Numbered from the stretch's first letter, positions 51,769-61,726 are shown. The stretch: 64,000 nt of DNA from an uncultured Bacilli bacterium (GCA_934096235.1 CAKOLO010000002.1:301919-365918); one strand, 5' to 3'. The notes: generated by a model from the letters alone, not told the origin. Numbers and translations are program-made.

Positions 51769-52854
51769 ATGGAACCATATAAAGCTAAAAAATTACCTTT
51801 TAATTATGAACTTGATAACTCTATTATAAAACTTTTATGTGATGCGAAAGAAGCATATGGAGAATATAAAGGTTTTCTTAAGAGTATGACATTTGATTAT
51901 AAATCCTTTTTAGAATCTGCTTTTATAATTGATACATATTATTCTTTTAAAATTGATAATGCTAAGATTACAAAAAATGATATGTTTTTAATGCCTTATA
52001 AGAATAAAAATAATACTGTTATACAATTTAATAATATTAAGATGGCTTTATTGTCAGGTATTTCTTATGCTAGTAAGAGTGGATTTTCTATTGATGTATT
52101 TAATAAAATAAATAAAGCTCTTTTGACTAATTGTAAGAAGGATAATTCTACTAAAGGTAGTGGACATTTAAGAAAGACTCAAACATATATATTAAAGCCT
52201 GGTTTAGCTGGATCTAGTGTTTCATTTGTACCACCTTTGTATAATGAATTAAATGGTTATATGAAGAATTTATGTGATTATATGAATGAACCTGGTGAAC
52301 CTGATTTTATTGCTTTAGCTATAACACATTATCAGTATGAAAAACTACATCCATATTTAGCTGGTAATGGTAAAATTGGTAGACTTACTATACCTGTACA
52401 ATTATCTTTTTATAAAAAAGAACCCCCAATACTATTTATATCAGAAGCAATAGATAATTTAAAAAATACGTATTTCACTTTGTTAAGTGATGAAAATGAT
52501 GAGAAGTTTCCAAAATTTATAAAATTCATTTTAGAATGTATTATTAGTCAATGCAATATAAATATTAAAAGAATTAAAAAACTTAATAAAATATATACTA
52601 AAGATTTAGAAGATTTTAAAATTACTATAGGTGGAAGTACAATTTATAAAGCATATCCTGTTATAGCTAAGAGAATAGTATTTACTACTAATGATATAGT
52701 AGAAGAATGTAAATTACATATTAATTCTGTTAATAAAGTTCTAAACAAATTAGTAGAACAGGGATACTTAGTTAAAGAAAAAAAGAAAGGTACTAATAGA
52801 GTAACTTTCACTTATACTAATATGTATGATATATTAACTAATACTTCTAATTAA
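51769..52854 (+). CDS. Fic/Doc-family protein
   Basis: Fic motif HPYLAGNGKIGR (consensus HPFx[DE]GNGR) at roughly residue 190. Confidence 0.75.
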   Translation: MEPYKAKKLPFNYELDNSIIKLLCDAKEAYGEYKGFLKSMTFDYKSFLESAFIIDTYYSFKIDNAKITKNDMFLMPYKNKNNTVIQFNNIKMALLSGISYASKSGFSIDVFNKINKALLTNCKKDNSTKGSGHLRKTQTYILKPGLAGSSVSFVPPLYNELNGYMKNLCDYMNEPGEPDFIALAITHYQYEKLHPYLAGNGKIGRLTIPVQLSFYKKEPPILFISEAIDNLKNTYFTLLSDENDEKFPKFIKFILECIISQCNINIKRIKKLNKIYTKDLEDFKITIGGSTIYKAYPVIAKRIVFTTNDIVEECKLHINSVNKVLNKLVEQGYLVKEKKKGTNRVTFTYTNMYDILTNTSN

Positions 52855-53364
52855 ATTTATATAATAATGCACATTATTACTTGTTATATCTTCAAAGTAA
52901 ATATGTGCTTTTTTGTTTTCATTAATTAGGGTACAAATATTATTAAAGTCTAGTTTATTTAACTTAATATATTTATTTAAAAAATCTATATTTTTAGAGT
53001 ATTTATACATAAACATATTAATGAATTCTCTATGATAAAATTCTATATTACTATAATAGTATTTATCTGATAACAATATTTTATTATATTTATTATTTAG
53101 TGTTTCACTTAGAATATATCTTATTTTTAATTCACTAATATTTAATTTTTCTTTTATGAATGAAATATAGTTATCTAAATTAAATATAAATTGTTCTTGA
53201 AGAGAAATAAGTTTTTCTTTATGGATAAGATGAGAAGTAACTATTATACTAGAATCTTTTATTTTACTCATTATATCATCTAGTAGTTTATCATTTATAA
53301 AACTTATTATATCAGAACTATTGTTAATATATTTTTTTAATAAATAATCATTATAGTTCATCAT
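52834..53364 (-). CDS. hypothetical protein, translationally coupled to the upstream XRE regulator
   Basis: Strong GGAGG RBS inside the 3' end of the XRE gene; 14-bp overlap; no recognisable domain. Confidence 0.4.
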   Translation of the reverse strand: MMNYNDYLLKKYINNSSDIISFINDKLLDDIMSKIKDSSIIVTSHLIHKEKLISLQEQFIFNLDNYISFIKEKLNISELKIRYILSETLNNKYNKILLSDKYYYSNIEFYHREFINMFMYKYSKNIDFLNKYIKLNKLDFNNICTLINENKKAHIYFEDITSNNVHYYINLIRSIS

Positions 53365-53599
53365 TATCCTCCATAAATTTACTTATAGGTGTATTTAAAA
53401 CTATAGATATTTTATATAAATTAGTTATACTTATACCAGTTTTACATTTATTACTTTCTAAATTACTTATTAAAGAAACTGAGACATTGATTAATTCAGC
53501 AAGTTTTTCTTGTGTTATTTTTTTACCATTTAATATAGTTTTATTTCTATATTTCTTTATATTTTTACCAATTATCTTATTTAATTTATCTTGATTCAT
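53351..53599 (-). CDS. XRE-family HTH transcriptional regulator (paralogue 1)
   Basis: HTH_3-like QEKLAELINVSVSLISNLE; shares the C-terminal motif NLYKISIVLNTPISKF with paralogues 2 and 3. Confidence 0.6.
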   Translation of the reverse strand: MNQDKLNKIIGKNIKKYRNKTILNGKKITQEKLAELINVSVSLISNLESNKCKTGISITNLYKISIVLNTPISKFMEDNDEL

Positions 53600-53700
53600 A
53601 GTTCACCTAAAACAATTATAGAATAAATATCATTAAATGTATAGTACTACATTACATAATTAAATGTTAAAACAATGTAAAATATTACTTAGGTGAAAAG

Positions 53701-53961
53701 ATGACTAAGTTTAAGAGAGATTTTAATTTTGATGAAAATATAATTAAGACAATAGCATATAATGTTATTAAATATAGAAAGTTAAGTGGTATAACTCAAG
53801 AACAGCTTGCGATAGATATAGGTGTATCTCCTGAATTTATTAGAAAGTTTGAGAGTACTAGAGGAAGTGAAGGATTATCACTTATGTCTTTATATAAAAT
53901 ATCAGTTGTTCTTAATGTATCTATTGATAAATTTTTTGAATCAATAGAAGTTAACGATTAA
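53701..53961 (+). CDS. XRE-family HTH transcriptional regulator (paralogue 2)
   Basis: QEQLAIDIGVSPEFIRKFE HTH and SLYKISVVLNVSIDKF; divergent from paralogue 1 with a 100-bp spacer containing inverted repeats (TTACAT...ATGTAA). Confidence 0.6.
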   Translation: MTKFKRDFNFDENIIKTIAYNVIKYRKLSGITQEQLAIDIGVSPEFIRKFESTRGSEGLSLMSLYKISVVLNVSIDKFFESIEVND

Positions 53962-54214
53962 TAAAAAACTTTTCTATTGGGACATTTAATATTAGACTTA
54001 TCTTGTATAAATTATATATACTTATACCTTGGTAAGTCTTTTTACTTTCAAGATTACCTATTAATGACGTAGATACATTTGCTAGTTCTGCTAAATGTTC
54101 TTGTGTTAAATCTTTTACATTTAAGCTATATAGTTTTCTATAATATTTAATGTTTTTTCCTATAATAGTATAAATTTCTTTTTCATCTTTAAAATTGAAT
54201 GTATCTTTCATCAT
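53951..54214 (-). CDS. XRE-family HTH transcriptional regulator (paralogue 3)
   Basis: QEHLAELANVSTSLIGNLE and NLYKISLILNVPIEKF; convergent with paralogue 2. Confidence 0.6.
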   Translation of the reverse strand: MMKDTFNFKDEKEIYTIIGKNIKYYRKLYSLNVKDLTQEHLAELANVSTSLIGNLESKKTYQGISIYNLYKISLILNVPIEKFFINR

Positions 54215-54376
54215 TAAACACCTAGTAATATTTTCCCATTATTTGGAAATTTTGGCCATTTACTAAGAATGATAAAAATACACTTGTAGTGATAATTTAT
54301 AAAAAAATACGATTTTTCTTGAAAAATGCTTTAAAATAGTGTATTATTAAGTGCGTATCTAAGAGGGGATGAGATT

Positions 54377-56179
54377 ATGGAAAAAATTATTAACTTTGCT
54401 GTTGTTGCTCATGTAGATGCTGGTAAGAGTACTTTAGTAGATGCATTATTAAAACAAAATGGTGTTTTTAGAGAAAATGAGCAAGTTGTTGACTGTGTAA
54501 TGGATAGTGGAGATTTAGAACGTGAACGTGGTATTACTATTACTGCTAAAAACTGTTCTATAAAATATAAAGGCATTAAAATGAATATAGTTGATACTCC
54601 AGGACATGCTGATTTTTCTAGTGAAATAGAGAGAATAATTAAAACAGTAGATACTGTAGTATTATTAGTAGATTCAGCTGAAGGACCAATGCCTCAAACT
54701 AGATTTGTATTAAAAGAAGCATTAAAATTTGGACTTAGACCAATACTATTTATTAATAAAATAGATAAAAAAGATGCTCGTGCTGAAGAAGTAGTTAATA
54801 TGACTTTTGATTTATTTTGTGAATTAGGTGCAACTAATGAACAATTAGATTTTAAGATTATATATGGTATTGCTAAAGAAGGAATTGCTAAGTATGAAGA
54901 AAATGATGATAGTAAAGATATTACACCACTTCTTGATACAATTATAGAAACTACTAAACCATTTGAAGGAAATGAAAATGATCCTTTACAATTACAAATA
55001 TCATCACTTGATTATGATGATTATATTGGTAGACTAGGTATTGGTAGAATTAATAAAGGTAAAATTAAAGTTGGTGAAACAGTAGCAATATCTAAAAATA
55101 ATGGAGAACTTACAAAAGAAAGAATTACTAAGATATTTGTTAATGAAGGAATTAAGAGAAGAGAAGTAACTGAAGCTTACTATGGTGATATAGTTATAGT
55201 TGCTGGTTGTCCTGAAATATCTATAGGAGATACAATTTGTGATGTTAATCATGTAGACCCTCTACCAAAAATTGAAATAGAAAAACCTACACTATCAATG
55301 AATTTTATGGTTAATAATAGTCCATTTGCAGGTAAAGTTGGTAAGTTTGTTACATCTAGACATTTAAGAGATAGATTAATGGCTGAACTTGAACGTAATG
55401 TTGGACTTGAAGTTGAAGAGTTACCAAGTAGTGATGGATTTAAAGTATCTGGTCGTGGTGAATTACACTTATCAATATTAATTGAAAATATGAGAAGAGA
55501 AGGTTACGAATTAGGCGTTTCTAAACCTGAAGTTATTTTCCATGAAATAGATGGTGTTAAGTGTGAACCATATGAAAGAGTAGTAATTACTGTACCTAAT
55601 GATTATTCTGGAAATGTAATTAGTGATTTGAGTGAGAGAAAAGGTACTATGGAAATAATGGAACCTGCTGAAGATAATTATGTTAGACTTGAGTTTGTTG
55701 TTCCTACAAGAGGTTTAATAGGATATAGAAGTAACTTTATTACTAATACTAAGGGTGAAGGTATTATGGTTCGTAGTTTTGAAGATTATAGACCATATGC
55801 AGGAGAAATATCTGGACGTAAGAATGGCGTACTTGTATCTATGGAAAGTGGTAAGGCATTTGGATATGCATTATATAACTTATTAGATAGAGGTACTATG
55901 ATAATAGAACCATCTACTGAAGTATATTCTGGTATGATAGTTGGTATTAATAATAGAGAAAATGATTTAAATGTTAATCCATGTAAGAATAAAGAATTCT
56001 CTAATACACGTTCATCTGGTAGTGATGAAGCTATAGTACTTCCAAGACCTAGAACATTTACATTAGAAGAAGCATTAGAATTTATAGAGAAAGATGAACT
56101 TGTTGAAGTTACACCTGATGCGATAAGATTACGTAAGAAAATACTTGATGAAAAAGAAAGATTTAGAAATAATAGATAA
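54377..56179 (+). CDS. typA: translational GTPase TypA/BipA
   Basis: G1 AHVDAGKST, G3 DTPGHADF, NKID; 600 aa. Confidence 0.95.
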   Translation: MEKIINFAVVAHVDAGKSTLVDALLKQNGVFRENEQVVDCVMDSGDLERERGITITAKNCSIKYKGIKMNIVDTPGHADFSSEIERIIKTVDTVVLLVDSAEGPMPQTRFVLKEALKFGLRPILFINKIDKKDARAEEVVNMTFDLFCELGATNEQLDFKIIYGIAKEGIAKYEENDDSKDITPLLDTIIETTKPFEGNENDPLQLQISSLDYDDYIGRLGIGRINKGKIKVGETVAISKNNGELTKERITKIFVNEGIKRREVTEAYYGDIVIVAGCPEISIGDTICDVNHVDPLPKIEIEKPTLSMNFMVNNSPFAGKVGKFVTSRHLRDRLMAELERNVGLEVEELPSSDGFKVSGRGELHLSILIENMRREGYELGVSKPEVIFHEIDGVKCEPYERVVITVPNDYSGNVISDLSERKGTMEIMEPAEDNYVRLEFVVPTRGLIGYRSNFITNTKGEGIMVRSFEDYRPYAGEISGRKNGVLVSMESGKAFGYALYNLLDRGTMIIEPSTEVYSGMIVGINNRENDLNVNPCKNKEFSNTRSSGSDEAIVLPRPRTFTLEEALEFIEKDELVEVTPDAIRLRKKILDEKERFRNNR

Positions 56180-56222
56180 AATAAAAGACTTAAGAATTTC
56201 TTAAGTCTTTTTGTATTGGAAA

Positions 56223-56750
56223 CTATTTAGTTTTAAATTTACTTAATACTTTTGCGGCTACGAATATTATTGAGTCGCTATTTTTAATTGCTTGTTTTTT
56301 TCCTATAGCTTTGCCACCTACTGTTAGTGATGAGATAATTGAACTTACTAATAGAGTAACAATTACTGTAGATACATTTAACTTGGTAGATATATTTATT
56401 GCAAGCATTGCTCCTATAGAACCACTTACTATACCACATATATCTCCGATAACATCATTACATATACTTGCGATTGTACTTGAGTTTTTAACTAGATAAA
56501 CTCCTTCTTTTGAACCTTTTATTTTTTTAGCACTTTTCGCATGAAATGATGCTTCGTTAGCTGTTAAGACAGCTGTACCTATAATATCAAATAAAATACC
56601 TATACCAATAAATATTACACATAGCACCATTAAAAGTATTGTATTATTGAATTTTGATATTAGATAGTTAGATGCACTACTAAAAATTAAAGCTATAAAA
56701 AAAGTCATTAAAAATGCCTTTAGAATCCAATTATCTTTTTTCATTTTCAA
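56223..56750 (-). CDS. hypothetical integral membrane protein
   Basis: Four predicted TM segments; RBS AAAGGGAG. Confidence 0.45.
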   Translation of the reverse strand: MKMKKDNWILKAFLMTFFIALIFSSASNYLISKFNNTILLMVLCVIFIGIGILFDIIGTAVLTANEASFHAKSAKKIKGSKEGVYLVKNSSTIASICNDVIGDICGIVSGSIGAMLAINISTKLNVSTVIVTLLVSSIISSLTVGGKAIGKKQAIKNSDSIIFVAAKVLSKFKTK

Positions 56751-57265
56751 TAAACTCCCTTTAAATATGTAAAATAGTATGGAATATTATAAATTAATTT
56801 TACGGCTTTGGTCGAGTTGAATTTCTCTAATTCCTACCATTAGTTACCTGCAGGCGATTTCTCTTTAAAAGAATTAATCACTTGTTACCATTAATGATCA
56901 CTCGATCACCACTTAGTCCGCACTTCAATCTTTATAATATAGGCATACTAGAGGTTTTCCCAAGCAAACATGTATCACCTTTATTCGCTTTTGCAATTTA
57001 TTTTTCAATCACTATCCCAATAAATCACTCACGACATGTGTTTTCATATTTTCCGATGTGAATTAAGGAATTCAGATATATGCCATTACATCTTATCCTT
57101 AAAACTAAAATTATATATCCACCCCAAACTGGGCGTAAGAAGCGTAATATATAAAGTATCATTTTACACAATTGATGGATTTTTAGCCCCATCTTCTAGT
57201 GGTATGTTTGACTAGTATAATGCTCCATACATCTAGAATTATAGCATATTTTAATGAAAATGTCA

Positions 57266-57298
57266 AAAGACACACTATATTATATGAAGTGTGTCTTT
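57266..57298 (-). terminator. hairpin terminator at the 3' end of the 57280-57879 gene
   Basis: aaagacacac-(13 nt loop)-gtgtgtcttt, followed on the minus strand by TTTTGACATTTTC. Confidence 0.4.
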
Positions 57299-57879
57299 AA
57301 ATTATTAATGTTTTTTGTTACTTTTTTCTTTCTTTTCTTTCTTTTTATTTCTCTTATGAGAGCTACTGCAGTTGATGTGATTTCCATTATATTTCCAATT
57401 ACACATACATATGCTTGAAATTTTAAATTATAAAATAGCCATGCTATTGCGCATGTTCCAAATACTAACTTATAAACTTTTGGATCTTTAAATGATGCTC
57501 CAATTGTATATATTATTGCTACTATTACTGGAAGAAGTGATAAAGGATTAGTATAGGTAAGTGTACCTACGAATGCAGTTATTAATATAATTATTACTGG
57601 CAATATAAGTGGTATTTTCTTTTTACCTTTATCATATTTATAAAATATTGATATTCTTAATACTGAGATTATATCCATGAATGCAGCTGAAAAAGCTCCC
57701 AATAGTGCATATTGGAATGAGTATAACATATGAGCTGCTGATTGAACTAACATCATGTGTTTTTTCTTTCTACATTGAACAGAAAGAGTCATAGTAAGCA
57801 TTGCAGCTGCACCAATTAATTGAGCGTATAATATATTCATATAATCTCCTAGTATATATATTATAATATTTTTTTTCAT
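57280..57879 (-). CDS. hypothetical integral membrane protein with basic C-terminal tail
   Basis: Five to six TM segments; C-terminus KRKKRKKKV. Confidence 0.45.
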   Translation of the reverse strand: MKKNIIIYILGDYMNILYAQLIGAAAMLTMTLSVQCRKKKHMMLVQSAAHMLYSFQYALLGAFSAAFMDIISVLRISIFYKYDKGKKKIPLILPVIIILITAFVGTLTYTNPLSLLPVIVAIIYTIGASFKDPKVYKLVFGTCAIAWLFYNLKFQAYVCVIGNIMEITSTAVALIREIKRKKRKKKVTKNINNLKTHFI

Positions 57880-57948
57880 AAAAATAAATAAGTTATTCTC
57901 AAATAGATGTTAATATGCTATAATCTAAGTCAAGAAGGAGAGGATATT

Positions 57949-59670
57949 ATGAGTTTTATTAAAGAAACTGAGAAGTATATTACAGATGTAATAAAAAAAT
58001 GTGGCTATGAAGTCGATAACGTTATTTTGGAGTCCTCTTCAAGACGCGATTTAGGAGAATTTCAAATTAATGTATGCATGGGTCTTGCTAAAAAGTATGG
58101 TAAGAATCCAAGAGAGATTGCAGAAACTATAATTGGTAGTTTTGATGATAGGTTTTATAATGTTAATATAGCAGGACCTGGTTTTATAAATGTTAGTATT
58201 AGTGATAAATATTTACTTGATTACATTAATAATAATATTAAAGATACTAAAGGTTTTGTTGATAAGGGTGAAGGAAAAACTATTATTGTTGATTATGGTG
58301 GAGCTAATGCAGCTAAAACACTTCATGTAGGACATATGAGACCTGCTAATATTGGAGAATCACTAAAGAGACTTGCTACACTACTTGGGGATAAAACTAT
58401 TGGAGATGTTCATTTAGGGGATATAGGTAGACAATCAGGAATGTTAATAACTGAGATTAAGAAAAGAAAACCGGATTTATGTTATTTCGATCCAAATTAT
58501 ACAGGAGAATATCCAAAGTTAGAAATTACTACTGAAGAATTAGGTGAATATTATCCAGCGGCAAGTATTGATGCTAAAGAGAATCCAGAAAGAATGGAAG
58601 AAGTTAGAAAAATAACTGCTTTAGTTGATGAAGGAAAAGAGCCATACTTTGGTATGTGGAAAGACATAGTAGAAGTATCTAAAGAAGCAATAAAGAAGAG
58701 TTATGATTATTTAAATTGTAATTTTGACTTATGGGAAGGTGAACTTAGTTCATTAGAATATGTGTCAGATACATTAAAAGTATTAGAACCATATATGTAT
58801 ACATCTGAAGGTGCTAAGGTAATAGATGTTAAGAAAGATGATGATAAGATAGAGATACCACCACTAATTGTTATTAAGAATGATGGATCTACTATATATG
58901 CTACTCGTGATTTAGCAACTATTTATTCAAGGGTTAAAAAATATAATCCTGATGAGATATGGTATATAGTAGATGCTAGACAATCTATGTATTTTGAACA
59001 AGTATTTAGAGCATCTTATAAATCTCACTTAGTTCGTGATGATGTTAAACTTGCTCACTATTGGTTTGGTACTATGAATGGGGCTGATGGAAAACCATTT
59101 AAGACTCGTGATGGTGGAGTAATGTCTTTAGATATGCTAATTAGTCAAGTTAAAGAAAAATTGCTTACTAAATTAGATAAATATACTGAAGAAGAAAAGA
59201 AAAATATTGCTGATGTTCTTACAGTAGCTACAATTAAATATGCAGATTTATCTCCATATCGTACTACTGACTTTATATTTGATATAGATAAAATAACTTC
59301 ATTTGAAGGAAAAACTGGTCCATATGTCTTATATACTATGGTAAGAATTAAATCTATACTAGATAAAGTAGATGTTAAAGATGCTAAGATTAAGTCTATA
59401 TATAGTGATACAGAAAGAAATATATATATTAAATTATTAGAACTTTCTAAGATACTTACTAAGGCATATAATGAGAAGACATTAAGTTATATATGTGAAT
59501 ATCTATTTGACTTATGTAGTTTATTTAATAAGTTCTATGGTGAATGTAATATAGTGAATGAAAAAGATATAGATAAGAAAGAGTCTTATGTGGCTTTGTT
59601 AAATGTTTTATATAATACTGGTAAAATGCTACTTGATATATTAGCAATTGAAGTACCAGATAAGATGTAA
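57949..59670 (+). CDS. argS: arginine--tRNA ligase
   Basis: HIGH-type motif (ANAAKTLHVGHMRPANIG); 574 aa from MSFIKETEKY; C-terminal DALR domain. Confidence 0.9.
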   Translation: MSFIKETEKYITDVIKKCGYEVDNVILESSSRRDLGEFQINVCMGLAKKYGKNPREIAETIIGSFDDRFYNVNIAGPGFINVSISDKYLLDYINNNIKDTKGFVDKGEGKTIIVDYGGANAAKTLHVGHMRPANIGESLKRLATLLGDKTIGDVHLGDIGRQSGMLITEIKKRKPDLCYFDPNYTGEYPKLEITTEELGEYYPAASIDAKENPERMEEVRKITALVDEGKEPYFGMWKDIVEVSKEAIKKSYDYLNCNFDLWEGELSSLEYVSDTLKVLEPYMYTSEGAKVIDVKKDDDKIEIPPLIVIKNDGSTIYATRDLATIYSRVKKYNPDEIWYIVDARQSMYFEQVFRASYKSHLVRDDVKLAHYWFGTMNGADGKPFKTRDGGVMSLDMLISQVKEKLLTKLDKYTEEEKKNIADVLTVATIKYADLSPYRTTDFIFDIDKITSFEGKTGPYVLYTMVRIKSILDKVDVKDAKIKSIYSDTERNIYIKLLELSKILTKAYNEKTLSYICEYLFDLCSLFNKFYGECNIVNEKDIDKKESYVALLNVLYNTGKMLLDILAIEVPDKM

Positions 59671-59685
59671 TAAGAAGGAATTATT

Positions 59686-60309
59686 ATGATAAATAGAGTT
59701 GAATTAAAAAAGAAAGCTAAAGAATTTGCTTTTTCTCATAAAATGGATATATGGAGACCAATGCTAGTAATATTTTGTATTAATTTTGTAATCTCATTTA
59801 TAGTTTCAGCATCGGGTATAAAGACTGAAAATATTTTGTATTCTATGATTACATCATTAACTACTTTGTTATTAATACCTTTACAAATAGGAAGTATATC
59901 TTATATTATGGGAATTATTGATGGAAAAAATGTTGATTTAAAAGAATGTATGTTATCTAAATTCAAAGACGGTTCTTGGTGGAAAATATTAATTGTTTCA
60001 TTTTGTTTTGGATTTATAGTTGGATTTGGTATGATGTTATTCATTGTTCCTGGAATATATTTTGCATTAAAATATGGTATGGTACAAATGATACTTGCTG
60101 ATGAAAAGTTTGGAAATAAAGATATACTTTATGCTTTAGGCAAAAGTTCTAAGATGATGGAAGGACATAAATGGGAATATTTTGTGTTTATACTTAGTTT
60201 CTTTGGTTGGTTTATTCTTTGTCCATTTACATTAGGAATTTTATATATTTGGGTTTATCCATACTTTGTGGTAGCAAATTATTATTATTTTAAAGAATTA
60301 AAGAAATAG
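59686..60309 (+). CDS. hypothetical integral membrane protein
   Basis: Four to five TM segments; no motif recognised. Confidence 0.45.
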   Translation: MINRVELKKKAKEFAFSHKMDIWRPMLVIFCINFVISFIVSASGIKTENILYSMITSLTTLLLIPLQIGSISYIMGIIDGKNVDLKECMLSKFKDGSWWKILIVSFCFGFIVGFGMMLFIVPGIYFALKYGMVQMILADEKFGNKDILYALGKSSKMMEGHKWEYFVFILSFFGWFILCPFTLGILYIWVYPYFVVANYYYFKELKK

Positions 60310-60457
60310 CACTTATGTGCTTTTTTCTTGCATAAAAACTTAGTAAAACTAGTAAATTTATGTTGTAAGTTAAAAATAAGTATGCTATAATACATTCGAA
60401 CGAAAAGTTCCTTGCTTCATTTAGTGAAGCCGTTAAGACCAAAAGGAGGTGTAAGTA

Positions 60458-60745
60458 ATGAATAAATATGAAATAATGTTTATTGTTAAAACTGACATTG
60501 ATGAAAAAGCTCAAAAAGACACAGTAAAGACTTTCGAAAAAGTATTAACTGATATGAAATCAAAAATCGTTAATACTAAAGATATGGGTCAAAAAAAGCT
60601 TGCTTATCCTATTAAGAATCAAGTTAGAGGAAACTATTATGTATTCAATGTAGAAGCTACTGCTGCTGCTGTTAAAGAATTCGATAGAAAAGCTAAGATT
60701 GATGAAAATATCTTAAGACATATTGTCATAAGAGAAGAGGAGTAG
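60458..60745 (+). CDS. rpsF: 30S ribosomal protein S6
   Basis: MNKYEIMFIV...start; rpsF-ssb-rpsR operon. Confidence 0.9.
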   Translation: MNKYEIMFIVKTDIDEKAQKDTVKTFEKVLTDMKSKIVNTKDMGQKKLAYPIKNQVRGNYYVFNVEATAAAVKEFDRKAKIDENILRHIVIREEE

Positions 60746-60748
60746 TTA

Positions 60749-61225
60749 ATGAACAAAATAATGTTAGTCGGAAGACTAGTTAGAGATCCTGAAGTTAGAA
60801 GTACTAGTACTGGTAGTTCAACTGCTAACTTTACTGTAGCTGTAAGTAGAAATTTTAAGAATAAAGATGGAAACTATGATGCTGACTTTTTACCTTGTGT
60901 AGCATTTAGAAATTCTGCTGATTTTGTTTCAAGATACTTCAAAAAAGGAAGTTTAATTGGAATAGAAGGTAGAGTTCAAACTAGAAATTATGATGCTCAA
61001 GATGGTACTAAGAGATATGTAACAGAAGTAGTAGTTGAAAATATAGAGTTTGTTGGTGGAAGAAATGAAGGTGGCTCTAATCAAATAAGTAATAATAATG
61101 CTTATATGGATGCACCTAGTGAAGCACCAATGGATGTAATGCCAGAATACGATATTCCTAAATCAGATCCATATGAAAATTATGATAAAGAAGTATCACT
61201 AAGTGATAATGATTTACCATTCTAA
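60749..61225 (+). CDS. ssb: single-stranded DNA-binding protein
   Basis: OB-fold N-terminus; C-terminal acidic tip DNDLPF. Confidence 0.9.
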   Translation: MNKIMLVGRLVRDPEVRSTSTGSSTANFTVAVSRNFKNKDGNYDADFLPCVAFRNSADFVSRYFKKGSLIGIEGRVQTRNYDAQDGTKRYVTEVVVENIEFVGGRNEGGSNQISNNNAYMDAPSEAPMDVMPEYDIPKSDPYENYDKEVSLSDNDLPF

Positions 61226-61237
61226 GGGAGGAAAATA

Positions 61238-61450
61238 ATGGCAGAATTTTATAGAAGAAAAAAAATATGTCAAATGTGTGCTGGTAAGAGTGTAGATTAT
61301 AAAGATGTTATGATCGTTTCTAAATACATTAATGAAAAAGGTAAGATTTTACCTAGAAGAATGACTGGAGCATGTGCTAAACATCAAAGACATATTGCTA
61401 ATCAAATTAAAATTGCAAGATATATGGCTTTATTACCATATACAAAGTAA
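61238..61450 (+). CDS. rpsR: 30S ribosomal protein S18
   Basis: 70 aa; conserved YKDV..L..Y(I/V)..GKI.PRR.TG.C.K.QR. Confidence 0.9.
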   Translation: MAEFYRRKKICQMCAGKSVDYKDVMIVSKYINEKGKILPRRMTGACAKHQRHIANQIKIARYMALLPYTK

Positions 61451-61525
61451 TTATTAAATATTAAGTAGTAGAAATACTACTTTTTTAATGTAAAATTATT
61501 TTTTGAGACTTGAATATTAATAATT

Positions 61526-61726
61526 GTGATGTTAAATTATATGTGGGTGAGTATTATGGAAAAGTTTTTATCTAAAAAGATTATTGTTTTAACTATAGTT
61601 GGTGATGCATACGGAATGTCTAAATCTTATAAAGGAATTGTTACATCCTTTGATGATGAATTTATTTGTTTAGATGAAAAAATATATATTGCTAGAAAGT
61701 ATGTAGCATCTATAACTATTAAATAA
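61526..61726 (+). CDS. hypothetical small protein
   Basis: ORF only. Confidence 0.3.
   Translation: MMLNYMWVSIMEKFLSKKIIVLTIVGDAYGMSKSYKGIVTSFDDEFICLDEKIYIARKYVASITIK

Noticed and set aside
52834-53599. XRE paralogue 1 plus the 176-aa ORF as one frameshifted Rgg/RRNPP-type regulator (255 aa combined)
   Set aside because: The junction shows a bona fide GGAGG RBS 5 nt upstream of an ATGATG start, with a clean 14-bp out-of-frame overlap rather than a homopolymer slip. That is consistent with two coupled genes, not a pseudogene.
56760-57280. tmRNA, RNase P RNA or tRNA in the GC-enriched noncoding segment
   Set aside because: No GGGG...UUCGAC 5' acceptor/T-arm pair, no tag-peptide reading frame ending in (A)LAA-stop, no 3' CCA-proximal GGUUCGAAUCC, and no GGAAAGUCC P4 element on either strand. 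It is left as an unassigned candidate (see findings).
57880-57948. T-box leader upstream of argS
   Set aside because: Only about 70 nt separate the upstream divergent gene from the argS start, and there is no T-box consensus (AATTAGGGTGGNACCGCG); too short for a T-box riboswitch.
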